From positions 267,406,001 through 267,470,000 of the forward strand of contig OZ024740.1 in assembly GCA_964016885.1 (NCBI GenBank): a stretch of DNA of 64,000 bases. The letters run 5' to 3'. The stretch is from Eledone cirrhosa (Eukaryota). The notes under the pieces are model-generated. The model had not been told where the DNA came from, did no database searches, and saw only the letters and a program-made list of their open reading frames with translations. The translations under genes and the position numbers were made by a program. Position 1 is the stretch's first letter. Every line of letters starts with the position of its first letter. Shown here in pieces: positions 40,350 to 53,715 of this stretch.

Positions 40350-40860
40350 CACTTATCCCTGACAGGGTCGTGAAGACAGAGTTCTCAAACACTCCTTCCT
40401 GCAGCCAAGCTCATGGATGTTATCCAAACATCTTGCTCAGCATCTATCCCAGGGTCTCTTGCTGGTTGGGTTTTGACCATAAAATTCGACCAACGATTCT
40501 TTAGAGATATTCTAACCCCCATGCCCATAGTATTGGAACTTTGATCTCTCAATTCAGAAAATTAGCAGCTCTACAAGGAGTGACTCTCTGATCTCCAAGC
40601 TATGCACTCTATCGAGTAATATTACACCAAAGTCCCTCTGGAAGAATCCGATTTGTATTCGTGATTGTATTTTTTTTGGTCATTACCCAAGATTCATGAC
40701 TATAGGTAAGAGTTGGTATGAATCGCGAATTTGGTTTATACAACCTACAACTCTTCCTCTGATGACTGAATGCTGAAGCTGGTGCATTATTACACCAGCT
40801 CCTGCAATTCTTGCACTTAATTCAGCCTTCTGCTTTCCATCACTCATGAACATGGCTTCA
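40350..40860 (-). pseudogene. Old RTE (Rex3/Expander-like) relic
   Basis: Homologous to 35450-35990 (for example TCATTACCCAAGATTCATG and GGAGTGACTCTCTGATCTCCAAGCTATG). Confidence 0.75.
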
Positions 40861-42321
40861 GTAGAGTGCACTACAGAGGCTTCCTTGAAAGGAGAAGTGT
40901 CTCAGTCTTTACAGCATTGATATTCATTCATACCATGCAACATTTGGTAGCAAACCTATCATATTATATCACTAAAAAATATTTTGGTAGGATTTGTTGA
41001 ATGGGTTTTGATGACAATGTACATATAAAATCCCTGTAGACATACTATTTTCTCATCCAAAAATAATTAAACAAAATTTAATTCCTGGCTAGTTATACAT
41101 GATATTGTCATCATTTGTTATTGTTACATTGAAGCATGAAAAAGAATTAAAACAATTAAAAAATTTAAAAATAACTATTGAAAATTGTGATAGCTTGAAA
41201 TAAAGAAGACAATATAAGCAAAGAATTGAGTGTAAGTTGAAATTTTTTTTTATATTTTACTCTGACATTCAACCAGATGCTAAACTACACTACAAGAAGC
41301 AAATGTATTAGAATGCTACTTTTCATAATTTTTTTCAATCTACTTTTTTGTTCTTCTGAATAATTAATTAATTTACAGAAAATTCTGAAAGATCGAAAAT
41401 ATTACCCTCAAAGCTTTTAGAAATTGGAAACAAAACAAAAAATAACAAAAAATAAAAATAAAGAAACAGCTGGTATAAGTTTTTTTTTCGTTCCACCCCC
41501 ATCCCCTTATTTTTTGCATGAATGCATTTCAGTGAATTTTCCAGAGAGTTAATTCAAGGAAAATAGCTTCATTTTGTAAATAATGCCAATGCATTCATCT
41601 CAAGATAAATAAAAATTTTCCATTTTTTCCCAATTCCATGAAAATCATATTTATTTTTTGTCTTACATTTTAAACTTATTTTTCAACTAGGAATTTACTT
41701 TAGGGTTGTTTTCCCCTTCATGCTTAGTAGTTTTAGTCAGTACCGTGTATTATTAATAATTCAATTTTTAAAAGTTGATCTGTTCAGAAAAAAAACCTTA
41801 GTAAAAATATAAAACAGGTTGGCTTTAGACAGTAATTAAATACAAACAGGAAGTTTAAGTTAGAGTATAGCTATTAGGAAAACTGAGATGTGCTTGATAC
41901 TTCTTTCACTAGGTTTTTAACAACTTCAGGTGTATAAACTAAATACAGACAGGAAGTCTATATAAAACTATCAATACATTTCAGATGTGAAGTTATTGCA
42001 AGAAATCATACTAAGGTATTTTTGATATATTTTTTTAATTTACCAAAATAAATGGAGCAATATAATTAATGAAGGTCATCAGAATTAATATTCGTTCCCA
42101 CTAAGATCGCATAAATCGAAGGTAATATTAAGTTATTCTGGTAATTTAAGTAACTTAAATTTATGTGTATCCTGGTTTTTAGAATAGGTTTCCCAGCCAT
42201 AACCTTGCATGTTGTATGAAGCAACTAAAAATGTTCAAACCAAGAAGAGTAGCCATCCATAAAAAAAAACTGATGCACAAAGCTCCATAATAACCCATGC
42301 CAGCATGGTAAAGTCGACATA

Positions 42322-42590
42322 ACAATGATAATGATGAAGAGAGTGATGATGGTGCTTATGATGATGATGATGATGATGATGATTATGAAGTTAGTGATGA
42401 TAAGGTTGGTGATGATGATGGTGCTTATGATGATGATAATGATGATGATGGTGATTATGAGGATGATGATGATGACAGTGAATGATGATGATGATGACTG
42501 ATGAATGATGAGGATGAAGACAGTGATGAGGATGATGGTGATGATGATGGTGATGAAGATGATGGTGATGGAGATGGAGATGATGATGCT
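42322..42590. repeat. (GAT)n low-complexity tract
   Basis: Directly visible. Confidence 0.95.
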
Positions 42591-43174
42591 GAAATATTGG
42601 CTATATTAACTAATTTGCGCTAACACTAAATAATCAAGTCACAGAAAAGAACTGAACTGTCTATGTTTCTGGTTAGCAAACAGTATGATGTTTCTATAGA
42701 AAATACTCAATCATTTTCACCTTATTTGGTAAATTCAATCAAAATGAAATCGATATAATCATCATTGATTAAACATCAAGGTTGTTTTCATTTTATTTAA
42801 ATATGGCAGCACGAGCTAACTTTGACTATGGCAAATATTTTGTTGTTTTCTATAAAGAAAATAGAAAATGAAATTTTGTTCAGAACATTGTGACATTGTG
42901 GCTATTTGCTGTACAATTTAAATATAAACAATCTCATTGGTTTATCTTGAATTATATGTGAAAACAGGAGATATAAATATTTCTTAGTTATTCATTGAGC
43001 CCAGAAGATTAAAGCAAGTAATGGATCTAATTAAAGAAATGTCACAAACATCTATTACAAATAAATTTTTTTATTTTTTATTTCACCTAACACTAAAATT
43101 TTCTACGAAGCATTCTTGTTACTTTTATTGTTTTCAATTAAAATAACCGTGTTCAGTTAAACTGGAAAATTTTA

Positions 43175-43475
43175 TTACGCAGTAATACAAAAGACCCAAG
43201 TTCCCATGGGTACAAGCTGAAACTGAAGCATATAGACAATATGCCCCCCCCCCCCCCACTGTAAAGTGGTTGTGTAGGTGTCAAGACAAAAAGCACCCAG
43301 TCCACACTGTAACGTGGTCGTGTAGGTGCCACAGTAAAAAATGCACCCAGTACTCACTGTAAATGAGGTTGGAGTTAGGAAGGGCATCCAGCTGTAGAAA
43401 TCAAGCCAGAATCAGTCCTGCATGAGCAAGACATGGTCACTTGACCTGGCATTGCCCACAACAGGACAACCTCTC
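43175..43475 (+). mobile_element. RTE subfamily 2 3' UTR fragment
   Basis: Homologous to 51806-52095. Confidence 0.85.
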
Positions 43476-43494
43476 ACACATCTCTCTCTCTCTA

Positions 43495-43567
<73 letters not shown>

Positions 43568-44479
43568 TATATATATGGATATATATATTATATTCATATG
43601 TATCATCATTATATCATGATCATCACTGTCTTATGTCGATTTTCCATGCTTGCATGGATTGAATGGGTTGTCATGTTCTGAAGTATCACATGTAAGGTGA
43701 TTGCATCTTACTCATACATTTCACTTTTGGCATGGTTTCTACTGCTGATGCCACTTTTATTATCAGACAATATTCTGTGGGGATTGCAACCATCTTTCTA
43801 TGCTACCATAGTTTGGACAGAAAAGGAGGAATCAGAGATGAAAATGGGTGGAATGACTAAGGTGCTAGAAAGGAAGAGGAGCAAATCATATAAGGTAGGG
43901 GGATGGAATGATGAGGCATATTTAACAGGAAGATAGGGACTTAAATATGTGTGTGTGCCTGAGTGTTTGTGTGTGTGTATATGTGTGTACATGCGTGTGT
44001 ATAGTGAGGTAATAGAGTGAAAGAATTAGTCAGTTAGATAAATCAATAGAATGAAATTGATATATGTAACACGTATTTACAATGAGCATCATTCCAACCA
44101 CACCCCAACCTCCTGCTTCTTCCAGTTAAGAAATTTTAAGCTTATCAACACCCCTAAAACTGCCACGGTTGACAAGTAGACAGATAGATAAATAATTGAA
44201 AAAAAAGCTTGATATATTAATGAAGAAGATAAATGTTTAATTTCTGCCGGTCATTTACAGTACAAACATTTTAATTGTGTGAAATCACAATAGGTAAAGA
44301 ATATATTTTATTTCATTTGAGAAAAAAAAAAAAATAGTGCAAAGACTCAGTTATTAACCAAAACTAGTAAGAACAAAAAATTCTAAATATCTGGGTTTTT
44401 TTCAAATCATTGAATACCAAACCACCTGAAACCACTCTTAGTTCTAAAATACAAATATGTTTATTTTAAAATCATTATC

Positions 44480-44690
44480 AGCACCATTGATTTATCAGCA
44501 CCATCTTTTTTGCACAGCAACTCTCAATTTGCCATGTCCTTCATCATCTTCTTTGTGAGTCTTAGAGATTTGAGATCACCTCTCACCACCTCTGCCCAGG
44601 TTTTCTTTGATCTACCTCTAGTGCAGCTTACCTCCACTGAGATTTCCTGGCATTTCTTCACTCAGTGATCATTATCCATGTACATAAAAT
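44480..44690 (-). pseudogene. Degraded RTE 3' fragment
   Basis: CTCACCACCTCTGCCCAGGTTTT..ATTTCCTGGCATTTCTTCAC aligns by eye with 56228-56310. Confidence 0.7.
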
Positions 44691-46639
44691 GTTTACATTT
44701 ATCTAAAATATTTTATTATAATTCAATAGTTATATTACTAAATACTTAAAATTCTTTATTATAAAAAAATAACCATGGTCAGTGTCTTATTAGAAATATG
44801 ATTATAAAAGGTTTATGTTATCTTCTAACTATTTTGATACCAATTTGCTCAATACAATTTAGTGCCAAAGTTTTCCATGCTGGTATGGGTTGGATGGGTT
44901 GTCATAGTCTAAGATTAAACAGGCCAAGCAGAGATCATATCTTGTTTCAGCAGGATTTCTACATCTTAATGCCCTTCCACCTTACAGAGTGTACTGAATG
45001 CATTTTTTATAGTGGCACAAGCACACACACACACACATTCAGTAAAATAAAGTTATTTTTGTTTAACCCCAAGTCATCCAGACTTGGCTGAGCAGAGCTA
45101 TGTTCAAAGATATCCCACCTGTGATTGTCTCATCTTTTCAGACACCAAAGGAAACATTGTCCTGTGTAGACAGTGGGGTTGGATTTGTGAGATTTGCTTT
45201 CTATATCTAGCAGGTCAAGTGGACCACATTGAAACAACCAGTTTATTGTGGATGGGGAGCTTTCTGCTCGCTGCTTACTACAATTTACCTCACTCTTTAA
45301 CCCTTTCATTACTATAATTTTCATAAAAGATGCTGTCCATGGGCTTCGAATAATTTCGAAAATAATCAAGAATTTGGAGGGATTTGGTAAAATAAAAATG
45401 TTTCCTTATTAAGTGTCTGTTTGGACCATAACTTGAAGCTTCTTACATGAAATTTTCATGCAATGTCTTTTTTTAGTGGGGTGCGGTGGGGGATAAATAT
45501 AAATGCTCTAAAATGTACACATTGCATTAGATAAGAGATGTTAAATGTTTTACCTAAGGGCATATTGCAACACCTGTCAGATAACACATTCACATACACT
45601 CATAGAGAGAAAGAAAGTGAATATAATATATCAGGCTACATTATATATTTTTCTCTAGTCTTTACATGATGTAAATGTGTATGTACCTCCTACATACATC
45701 TATAAATATATATATATATATATACAGATATAGATATGTATGTATGTATGCATGCATACCTGTGTGTATGTATGCATGCAAGTATGTATGTACACGTATT
45801 TATGTTAGCTTAATGGAACACACTGTTGTATTTCAATAGGGCATATGTTTCATTTGTAAATTGCTTTCTCATATAGCCTATATGAGAAAGGTTGGACATA
45901 ATTGTATGTCTGAACGTTCTTTTTTTTTTTTTTTACTTCATGATGATGATGCGTTAGATAGACTATAATAGTAATCAATCGATAGGGCCTGATATTGAAA
46001 ATGCTTTCATTAATGGCTTTGATTATCCATTATGGCTTCATATTTAACAAACCATTAACAGTCGAATGTCACTATAGCTTTGTAAATTCAGTGGTGTCAA
46101 CAAACTGAATACCAGGTGGTGGCTCACATAACACTTTAATCTCTAGTTTTAGTCACTCTTGTGTATCATTACAATGTTATAAACACCTTATTATGATTCA
46201 GTAATCCAACCTTCTAGCTTTTAACCCCCTAAGTTAGTAGGACTCATGCTGAGGCCTCAAAGACTGGAGTAGGATTTATACAAGCAACTAGTAAAGAAAC
46301 AATGTTGATGAGGTGGTTGAATGTCTGAGGAAAATGTATTTATGACTTTTTAAGTTAACAAATTCTCAAATGATATAGTTCAGAATAGAAAAATACCCTA
46401 AAACAAACAGTTTGGTATCATAGAACATTGATTCTTTTATTTGAAGAAGATGATGATGATGAGTTTTTCTAATCCTGCCTTGTTTGTTTTTTCCCCACAT
46501 AATGATATATGTATATATATATATATATATAAATGTATGTGAGAATATATATATGTATATATATAAATATAAATGTATGTGAGTATATATATGTATATAT
46601 ATAAATGTATGTGAGTATATATATATATATACATTTAAT

Positions 46640-48060
46640 ATAATAAAAAGAGACTTTATTACATTAAATTATATTATAGGGCTCTGAAATTTTTTTCCTT
46701 GAGCTATTTTAATTATAGGGGACTATTGTGAGTTCTTAACTTGATATATACTTTTGATATATATATGCCCACTACAGAACAAATACCTTGAATCCAATTT
46801 AGTGTAGCTATGTGCCATAAAATTGGGTGACCAGGAATGGTACTACATAAGAATTGAAGAAATGCTAGTATGTGCATAGACACTCGATTAAAAACTGCAA
46901 ACTCAAAAACACGACAACGCTGGCCAATGAAATCTGGCAGCTTGCGGATAACAAACAAGAATACAAAAGAGTTTGGTCTAAATTATCTAATGCCAGAGCT
47001 TACACAACGGGATGTCTCAATGCAAATTATGTAATATGGAATTACTCCATATTTTACAATACAATAACAAATTACTAAAAAACAGGATTGAACGCACAAT
47101 TTACTGTCAGCACAAATACGCCAGCGCAAACCCAAATAGACGGGATTCGATCCAATACCCTAACTGTTTCTATAAACATTACAATTTCCAAGACTTATAA
47201 CATTTGAAAACTAGGTGCCAATGGATAATCTAAACATATCTCTTATCACCTTAAAAAGGCACCACATTACAAATCTACCATACCTTATCTTGCAAACATA
47301 GCCATTTATCTATCACTAGCCACAATAAAGCAATTAAACCAAGAATAAGCAAAATACTTAAATATTCAAATCCACCCTCCAATGACATCAAAGGACAAAC
47401 TCTTAACCAATCAAATACAAAGAATGAACTCTTAACCAAACAGATGCAAGAGAAACTGACAATCTAAAGACACACCTACAATAAATACAAATTCTATCTC
47501 AGTACACAGGCCTCTATACTTCTCTTATCCTCACATAATGTACCAGTTATTTATTATCATTATTATTTTCATTCTTCACTTCTATTACCCATTTTACATG
47601 TAAACCCCAGTGTTTATTTATTTTATGGTATTTTATTTTGTTTTTCATGTTGTTGTTTTTCATCTTGATGTCTGTATACCTTAATATAAATATGTTGTAT
47701 CGCCAAATCCAAATTCAGAATTTTTATAATTTGCCAGGTATAAGCAGTATTTAAAATCGAATTTCACAATAACATTGCAGATAGCGATTTTAAGACACAT
47801 TCAATTACATACCAGCCAATGACACATGTTAATGCTTGGAATAAACCCTACTGTATAGCTTATCTGTGTTAATCTTCATTCATTCATTATTAATACTCCA
47901 GGAACTGCTTACCTAGGAACTGTCTGAAATCGACCATCTGAACGCCACAACTAAGTAAATTTCTTGTTGAGTCAACCAACGCTGCATGTTAAAATCCTCC
48001 ACTGTACAAATTACTCGTAACCTCCACTGTACAAATTACTCGTAACCTCTACTTGGATTA
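46640..48060 (+). mobile_element. 5'-truncated PLE (GIY-YIG C-terminal half plus 3' UTR); boundaries approximate
   Basis: HRHSIKNCKLKNTTTLANEIWQL..VWSKLSNARAY and CKLCNMELLHI (46872-47100) parallel TSLSELIWSL..FWKKV..CNLCLNE at 4.8 kb. Confidence 0.7.
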
Positions 48061-48746
48061 CCTTAAACAAAGTGCAGGGCAATAAAGATAGACGGTAGCC
48101 ACGGAGTAGGCAGACCCAGAAAAACATGGGACGAGCTGATAAATTCCGACCTCACACGCTTACACCTCTCCAAGACAATGTCACTGGACCGAGACCTTTG
48201 GCGGTACTCAGTAATAGAGAAGACCCGCCTTACCTAAATACAAAGTAAAAACCTACTACAGTCAGTAGGCATCTCTATCAAAACACCCCCCCGTCCCACC
48301 ACCTCCACCCCATCCACACCGCCCCTTTCAATGTAAAGTTATGTTGGTCCCACAACATCCAGGCCGAAACAAATGAGATCGTGTAGGTGTCACGACAAAA
48401 AAACACACAGACCACGCTGTAAATGTGGCCGTGTAGGCAACACAGTAAAAACCTCCCAGCCCCACACTGTAAATGTGGTTGGTGTTAGGAAGGGCATCCA
48501 GCTGTAGAAAACCCGCCAGACAGTCCACGCTGTAATGTGGCCGTGTAGGCAACACGGTAAAAACCTCCCAGCCCCACACTGTAAATGTGGTTGGTGTTAG
48601 GAAGGGCATCCAACTGTAGAAAACCCGCCAGACAGTCCTATGCGAGCAAGACAACCACTCTTGCCTCAAGTGGGAAAACCCCCGTCCAAACCCATGCAAG
48701 CGTGGAACACGGACGCTAAACCTGATGATGATGATGATGATGATGA
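48060..48746 (+). mobile_element. RTE 3' end related to subfamily 2, with a ~115-bp internal tandem duplication
   Basis: KCRAIKIDGSHGVGRPRKTWDELINSDL..DRDLWR. 48412-48525 is repeated at 48526-48637; (TGA)n tail. Confidence 0.85.
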
Positions 48747-48847
48747 ATACCTTGTTTACTTCTATGTATATATATATATATATATATATATACGTGGGAA
48801 AGTAAAAAATCGGAGAATAGACCGTTAAAACATGTTTATTTAAAACA

Positions 48848-48887
48848 GCACCTACGTACGTTTCGCCCAGTTGGGCTTCTCAAGGGC
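48848..48887 (-). ncRNA. Minimal hammerhead, U3-A8 variant, in a ~165-bp solo pLTR fragment (48793-48960)
   Basis: Minus strand: GCCC-TTGAGAA-GCCC AACT GGGC-GAAA-CGTACG-TA^GG(T)GC. Confidence 0.85.
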
Positions 48888-48956
48888 ATAAATAATCACA
48901 AGTGTTCCTTATATTGCTCGGAAAGAGTTTTTGGGGTTAAATCCACATCAAGGTTC

Positions 48957-49046
<90 letters not shown>

Positions 49047-49293
49047 AAATAGGCTGTCAATGCTATTCTTGAAAAATGTATGTGGGAATATTTTTTTAGC
49101 AGTTTTTATCAACTAGTTTCTTTGGGATTTAGGCTAAGATTTATCTGTCAAGTAGATTATTGCACGAACAATTATTTTTATTGTTAGATGACATTCTAGA
49201 ATTAACTACTCAATAGTAAAATGACGGGCATAGTTATTTGCAACTAGGTTAACAGAAGGAAACAAAATAATGCCATTGCTTATATAAAGTAAG

Positions 49294-49690
49294 TGGAGGT
49301 ACATGGCCTAGAGGTAAGGGTGTTGGACTTATGCTCATAATGGACTGGGTTGTGTGCTGTGTTCTTGAGCAAATCATTTCATTTCATGTTGCTCCAGTAC
49401 ACTCCAGAATATATGTACCAGAAATACCTGCAGGGCCATCTTAACAGCATTATAGGCCCCTGGGCAAAGCAGAGCACTGGGGCCCCTACCTACACAACCA
49501 CTCACAGGAATAAAAATACAAATGGGCCCCCTATCCTCGTGGGGCCCCCGGGCAACTGCCCAGCATGCCCATGCATTAAGATGGCCCTGAATACCTGGGG
49601 ATTTAACTCTGTGATGGACTGGCATGATGTTCAGGGGGCAGTCGTTCACACATTTGCTTCATGGAAACTGGGATAAGCACCAACCTCATG
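49294..49690 (+). mobile_element. Old CORE-like SINE interrupted by a MITE
   Basis: Head GGAGGTACATGGCCTAGAGGTAAGGG, then TGTTCTTGAGCAAATCATTTCATTTCATGTTGCTCCAGT. Confidence 0.65.
49431..49589. mobile_element. hAT-type MITE
   Basis: Perfect 14-bp TIRs CAGGGCCATCTTAA / TTAAGATGGCCCTG. 8-bp TSD AATACCTG. Confidence 0.93.
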
Positions 49691-50564
49691 AGCTTCTGTC
49701 TTGAGACAGACTTTAGACTTTATATAAAGAAAATGTGGCAGTTAGTTGGTGAGAGTCAAATTTCTTCTTGGCAATCAGCCTATTGTAAGAGGATTTGAAT
49801 TCAACTATATTGTAAGACAAAGAATCAATTTTGCAGTGCAATTTTATGGTTCAACAAAAATATGTGCAAGGCTTAAAAACCAAATAAGCAAAACATGTAT
49901 TAGGGCTGATATGATTAAATTCCTTGAAGGCTGGGCTCTAGTATGGCAGCAGTGTAATGACTGAAACCAATAATAAAAGAAAAGAATAAGTTAACAAAGA
50001 ATAGTGTGCTCATGCACAGAGGTACTATAAAATAGGCTGAAAACTCTTAGGGATGGAATAAAAAGTTCCCATCAGCCACTATGAGGAATCAAACCCCATA
50101 ATTCTTGGGGTTAGATTACAACTTTGTCTCTCTTCAAGGGTCTTCACCCTATTTTATGAGCTATTTTATAGCATCTCAGTGCATGAGCACTCCTTTCTTT
50201 ATATTAAACTTATCCCCTCAGCACTTTGTAAAAGTCTGCGAGATCAGTTTCGTATACAAAATTGTTTTGCCTTTTTCTGTTTCTAATGGATTAATTACAT
50301 TTTTATTAAAAAAAAGGTATTCAGATCTTTTAAATTGATAAAGGATTGATTTGTGTTTTCATAGATCTAGGATGAAATTGCCATACCACTGCTAGATATA
50401 TAATTCTTGTTTATGAGATAAAAGATCAGTTCTAAGCCATTACATTCTAAATGATAAATAAGTTAAGCAAGTTTTAATTCTATTAGTCTTCAACTTAAGA
50501 TCACTGTATATAATACCAATTAAAGTACACACAAACATACACAGATGCAAACATACATACACAC

Positions 50565-50602
<38 letters not shown>

Positions 50603-50605
<3 letters not shown>

Positions 50606-52150
50606 AAGTAAGCCACTCTACCTGGCATTCGTCGATCTCGAGAAAGCCTTTGACAGAGTTCCACGTGCTGTAATCTGGTGGGCTCTTAGAAAACTAGGAG
50701 TAGATGAATGGCTTGTGAAAGCTGTACAAGCCATGTATAGGGGAGCAGTCAGCAAAGTTAGGATTAGCAATGAGTATAGCGAGGAATTTAGCGTACAGGT
50801 TGGTGTCCACCAGGGCTCTGTTCTTAGCCCTCTCCTGTTCATCATAGTCCTGCAGGCAAGACCGGATGTCTATGGGAACTCCTGTATGCTGATGACCTTG
50901 CACTTATAGCTGAATCTATAGTAGAACTAGAGAAGAAATTCCAAACTTGGAAGCAGGGACTAGAAAGAAAGGGTCTCATAGTCAACATGACAAAGACTAA
51001 GGTCCTTGTAAGTAGACGAGAAAACAGAACCCAGATCCCCTCAGGGAAATGGCCTTGCTCAGTATGTAGGAAAGGTGTAGGTAGGAACTCCATTCTCTGC
51101 CCCAAATGCAAACAATGGGTACACAAGAGATGTAGCGGGATCTCAGGAAACTTAATTAAGAATGTAGGCTTCACATGCAGCAGCTGTGCTGGGACAGCAA
51201 GCAGCAAACAGCCACAGGAAACAAGTACCACTATTCTCTGGGAGGGCTCTGTAGAAACAGTAGACAACTTCTGCTACCTAGGTGACCAAATTAGCAGCGG
51301 AGGTGGGTGTTCAGAAAGTACAATAACTAGGGTAAGAACGGGATGGAAGAAGTTCAGGGAACTACTACCACTGCTAGCTGCAAAAGGCTTCTCCTTCAAA
51401 ATGAAAGGCAGACTGTATGATACGTGTATTCGAACAGCAATGTTACATGGTAGTGAGACCTGGGCGTTGAAGGTGGAAGACTTACGTAGATTAGAAAGAA
51501 ATGAAGCCTGCATGATCCAATGGATGTGTAATAGTAATATACGCAAACGACAAAGCATAAATGAATTGAGAGAGAGACTGAGCATAAGAGGAATCAAATG
51601 CTGTGTGCAGGAGAGGCAGTTGCGTTGGTATGGACATGTGATGTGTATGAAGGATGACAGCTGCATAAAAAGGTGCAGAGCACTAGAAGTCAATGGAAAC
51701 CGCGAAGTGGGGAGACCAAAGAAGACCTGGGATGAGGTGATAAAAGCTGACCTTACCCAATTACACCTCTCAAAGGCGATGACACATGACCGTGACCTCT
51801 GGCGTCACGCAGTAATACAGAGTACCCGACCTCCCATGGGTACAAGCTGAAGCATATAGACAATATTCCCCCACACCCTCCACTGCAAGGTGGTCGTGGA
51901 GGTGCCACGGCAAAAAAGCACCCAGCCCACACTGTAAAGTGGACGTGTAGGCGCCACGGAAAAAGCACCCAGCACTCACTGTAAATGAGGTTGGTGTTAG
52001 GAAGGGCATCCAGCTGTAGAAATCAAGCCAAAATCAGTTCCTGTATGAGCAAGGCATGGTCAGCCGACCAGACACTGCCCACAACAGGACAACCCGTCTA
52101 ACCCATGCTAGCGTGGAAGAACGGACGTAAAACGGTGATGATGATGATGA
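50603..52150 (+). mobile_element. 5'-truncated RTE LINE subfamily 2
   Basis: RT motifs ([32 protein letters not shown]). Deletion/frameshift near 50857; stop at 51850; ~290-nt 3' UTR and (TGA)n tail. Confidence 0.95.
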
Positions 52151-52550
52151 TAGGAAAATGTTTAACCCTGACGGCAGAGCTCAAGCCATTTTGACGGCTA
52201 TTTCTGGACTGAGTCCAGAAATAGCCGTCGAAACGGCTTGAGCTCTGCCGTCGGAGTTAAACATTTTCCTATTACCCACTCTACTACCCTAAGTATTGAG
52301 TACTCTGCTGCGTTATGGTCCATCTGGTTCCTTACCACACCTCCTTCGTTATATGTATATATATCATCATCATCATGATATATATATAACGAAGGAGGTG
52401 TGGTAAGTAACCAGATGGACCATAACGCACCAGAGTATTCAATACTTAGGGTAGTAGAGGGGGTAATAGGAAAATGTTTAACCCCGACGGCAGAGCTCAA
52501 GCCGTTTCGATGGCTATTTCTGGACTCAGTCCAGAAATAACCATCAAAAT
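52151..52550. mobile_element. Two family A pLTR copies tail-to-tail, forming nested palindromes
   Basis: Near-perfect hairpin at 52151-52272; 52192-52355 is mirrored by 52382-52545. Contains GAAA-CGGC TTGAGCTCT GCCG-TC-GG. Confidence 0.85.
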
Positions 52551-52564
52551 AAATAAATAAATAA

Positions 52565-52636
<72 letters not shown>

Positions 52637-52638
<2 letters not shown>

Positions 52639-52806
52639 TGCAAAGTGGTCGTGGAGGTGCCATAGCAAAAAAGCACCCAGTACTCACTGTAAATGAGGTT
52701 GGTGTTAGGAAGGGCATCCAGCTCTAGAAATCAAGCCAGAATCAGTTCCCGTCCCACCCTTGCAAGCAGGGAAAAGCGGACGTAAAATGAAACGATGATG
52801 ATGATA
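52637..52806 (+). mobile_element. Headless 3' half of the CORE-like SINE
   Basis: Reverse complement of 13820-13979. Confidence 0.85.
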
Positions 52807-52945
52807 TATTAGAAAGTGAGATTTTTTTACAAAATTAAAAATAACCGAGGTGTCCTACACGAGTGAAAGTATAAAGAAAAAAAGATGAAATCGAAAATGC
52901 AACTGGAGTCTTATTAAAAAAATATATATATATATTTATTTGGTT

Positions 52946-52985
52946 CCTTTACCGGTTTCGCAGTTCTTCTGCTTTTCAAAAGTAG
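52946..52985 (-). ncRNA. Minimal hammerhead, U3-A8 variant, in the PLE pLTR
   Basis: Minus strand: CTACTT-TTGAAAA-GCAG AAGAA CTGC-GAAA-CCGG-TA^AAGG. Confidence 0.8.
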
Positions 52986-53152
52986 AGTTGAGATGGAGGG
53001 TCCGTGGTTTTTCTCACATCTGGTTGGTCTTTGAATGTTACAGGTTTTTAGAGAAGTAATTTCATTGGTTGGTCAATAAGTATAATAAATTTCGCGCCAG
53101 GTCGCGTTACAAAGTTCTTCATACAGGGGGGGGGGGGGGGGGGGGGGGGCTC

Positions 53153-53715
53153 AGGTTGTTTTTTTCATATACGAGTGTTTGAATTTCTTTTTACTTAAAA
53201 AAGGGGCGCACGAAGGCTTTTTTTTATAAATGTAATTTGATTGGTTATAAATGAAATTATCGCTGTCACGTGAACAAGTTCATTAAATATCGTGCCCGTA
53301 TTTGGGAATTTATTTTGTAGCCCTTTAAAGAATTTTCTGACAAACAAAAGATAATGGTCAAGAGAAATGGGATGGGAGAATTGTTCTGGTTCAGTGAATA
53401 TAGCAGGTTGTTTTTTCATATATGAGTGAAGTTTGGTTGGTTGATGTAGTCTCGTGAATAAGTATATCAGCTTTCGCATCAGTTTGTTTGAATTTCTTTT
53501 TACTTTAAAAAAAGTGGCTCACGAAGGCTTTTTTTAAATAAATATAATTTGATTGGTTATAAATGAAATTATGACTGTCACGTGAACAAGTTCATTAAAT
53601 TTCGCGCCCGTATTTAGGAATTTATTTTGTAGCCTTATAGAGAATTTTATGACAAGCAAAAGATAATGGTCAAGAGAAATGGTATGGGAGAATTGTTCTG
53701 GTTCAGTGAATATGG
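53153..53715. repeat. Tandem ~300-bp direct duplication in the PLE 3' UTR
   Basis: 53175-53400 matches 53485-53712. Confidence 0.85.
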
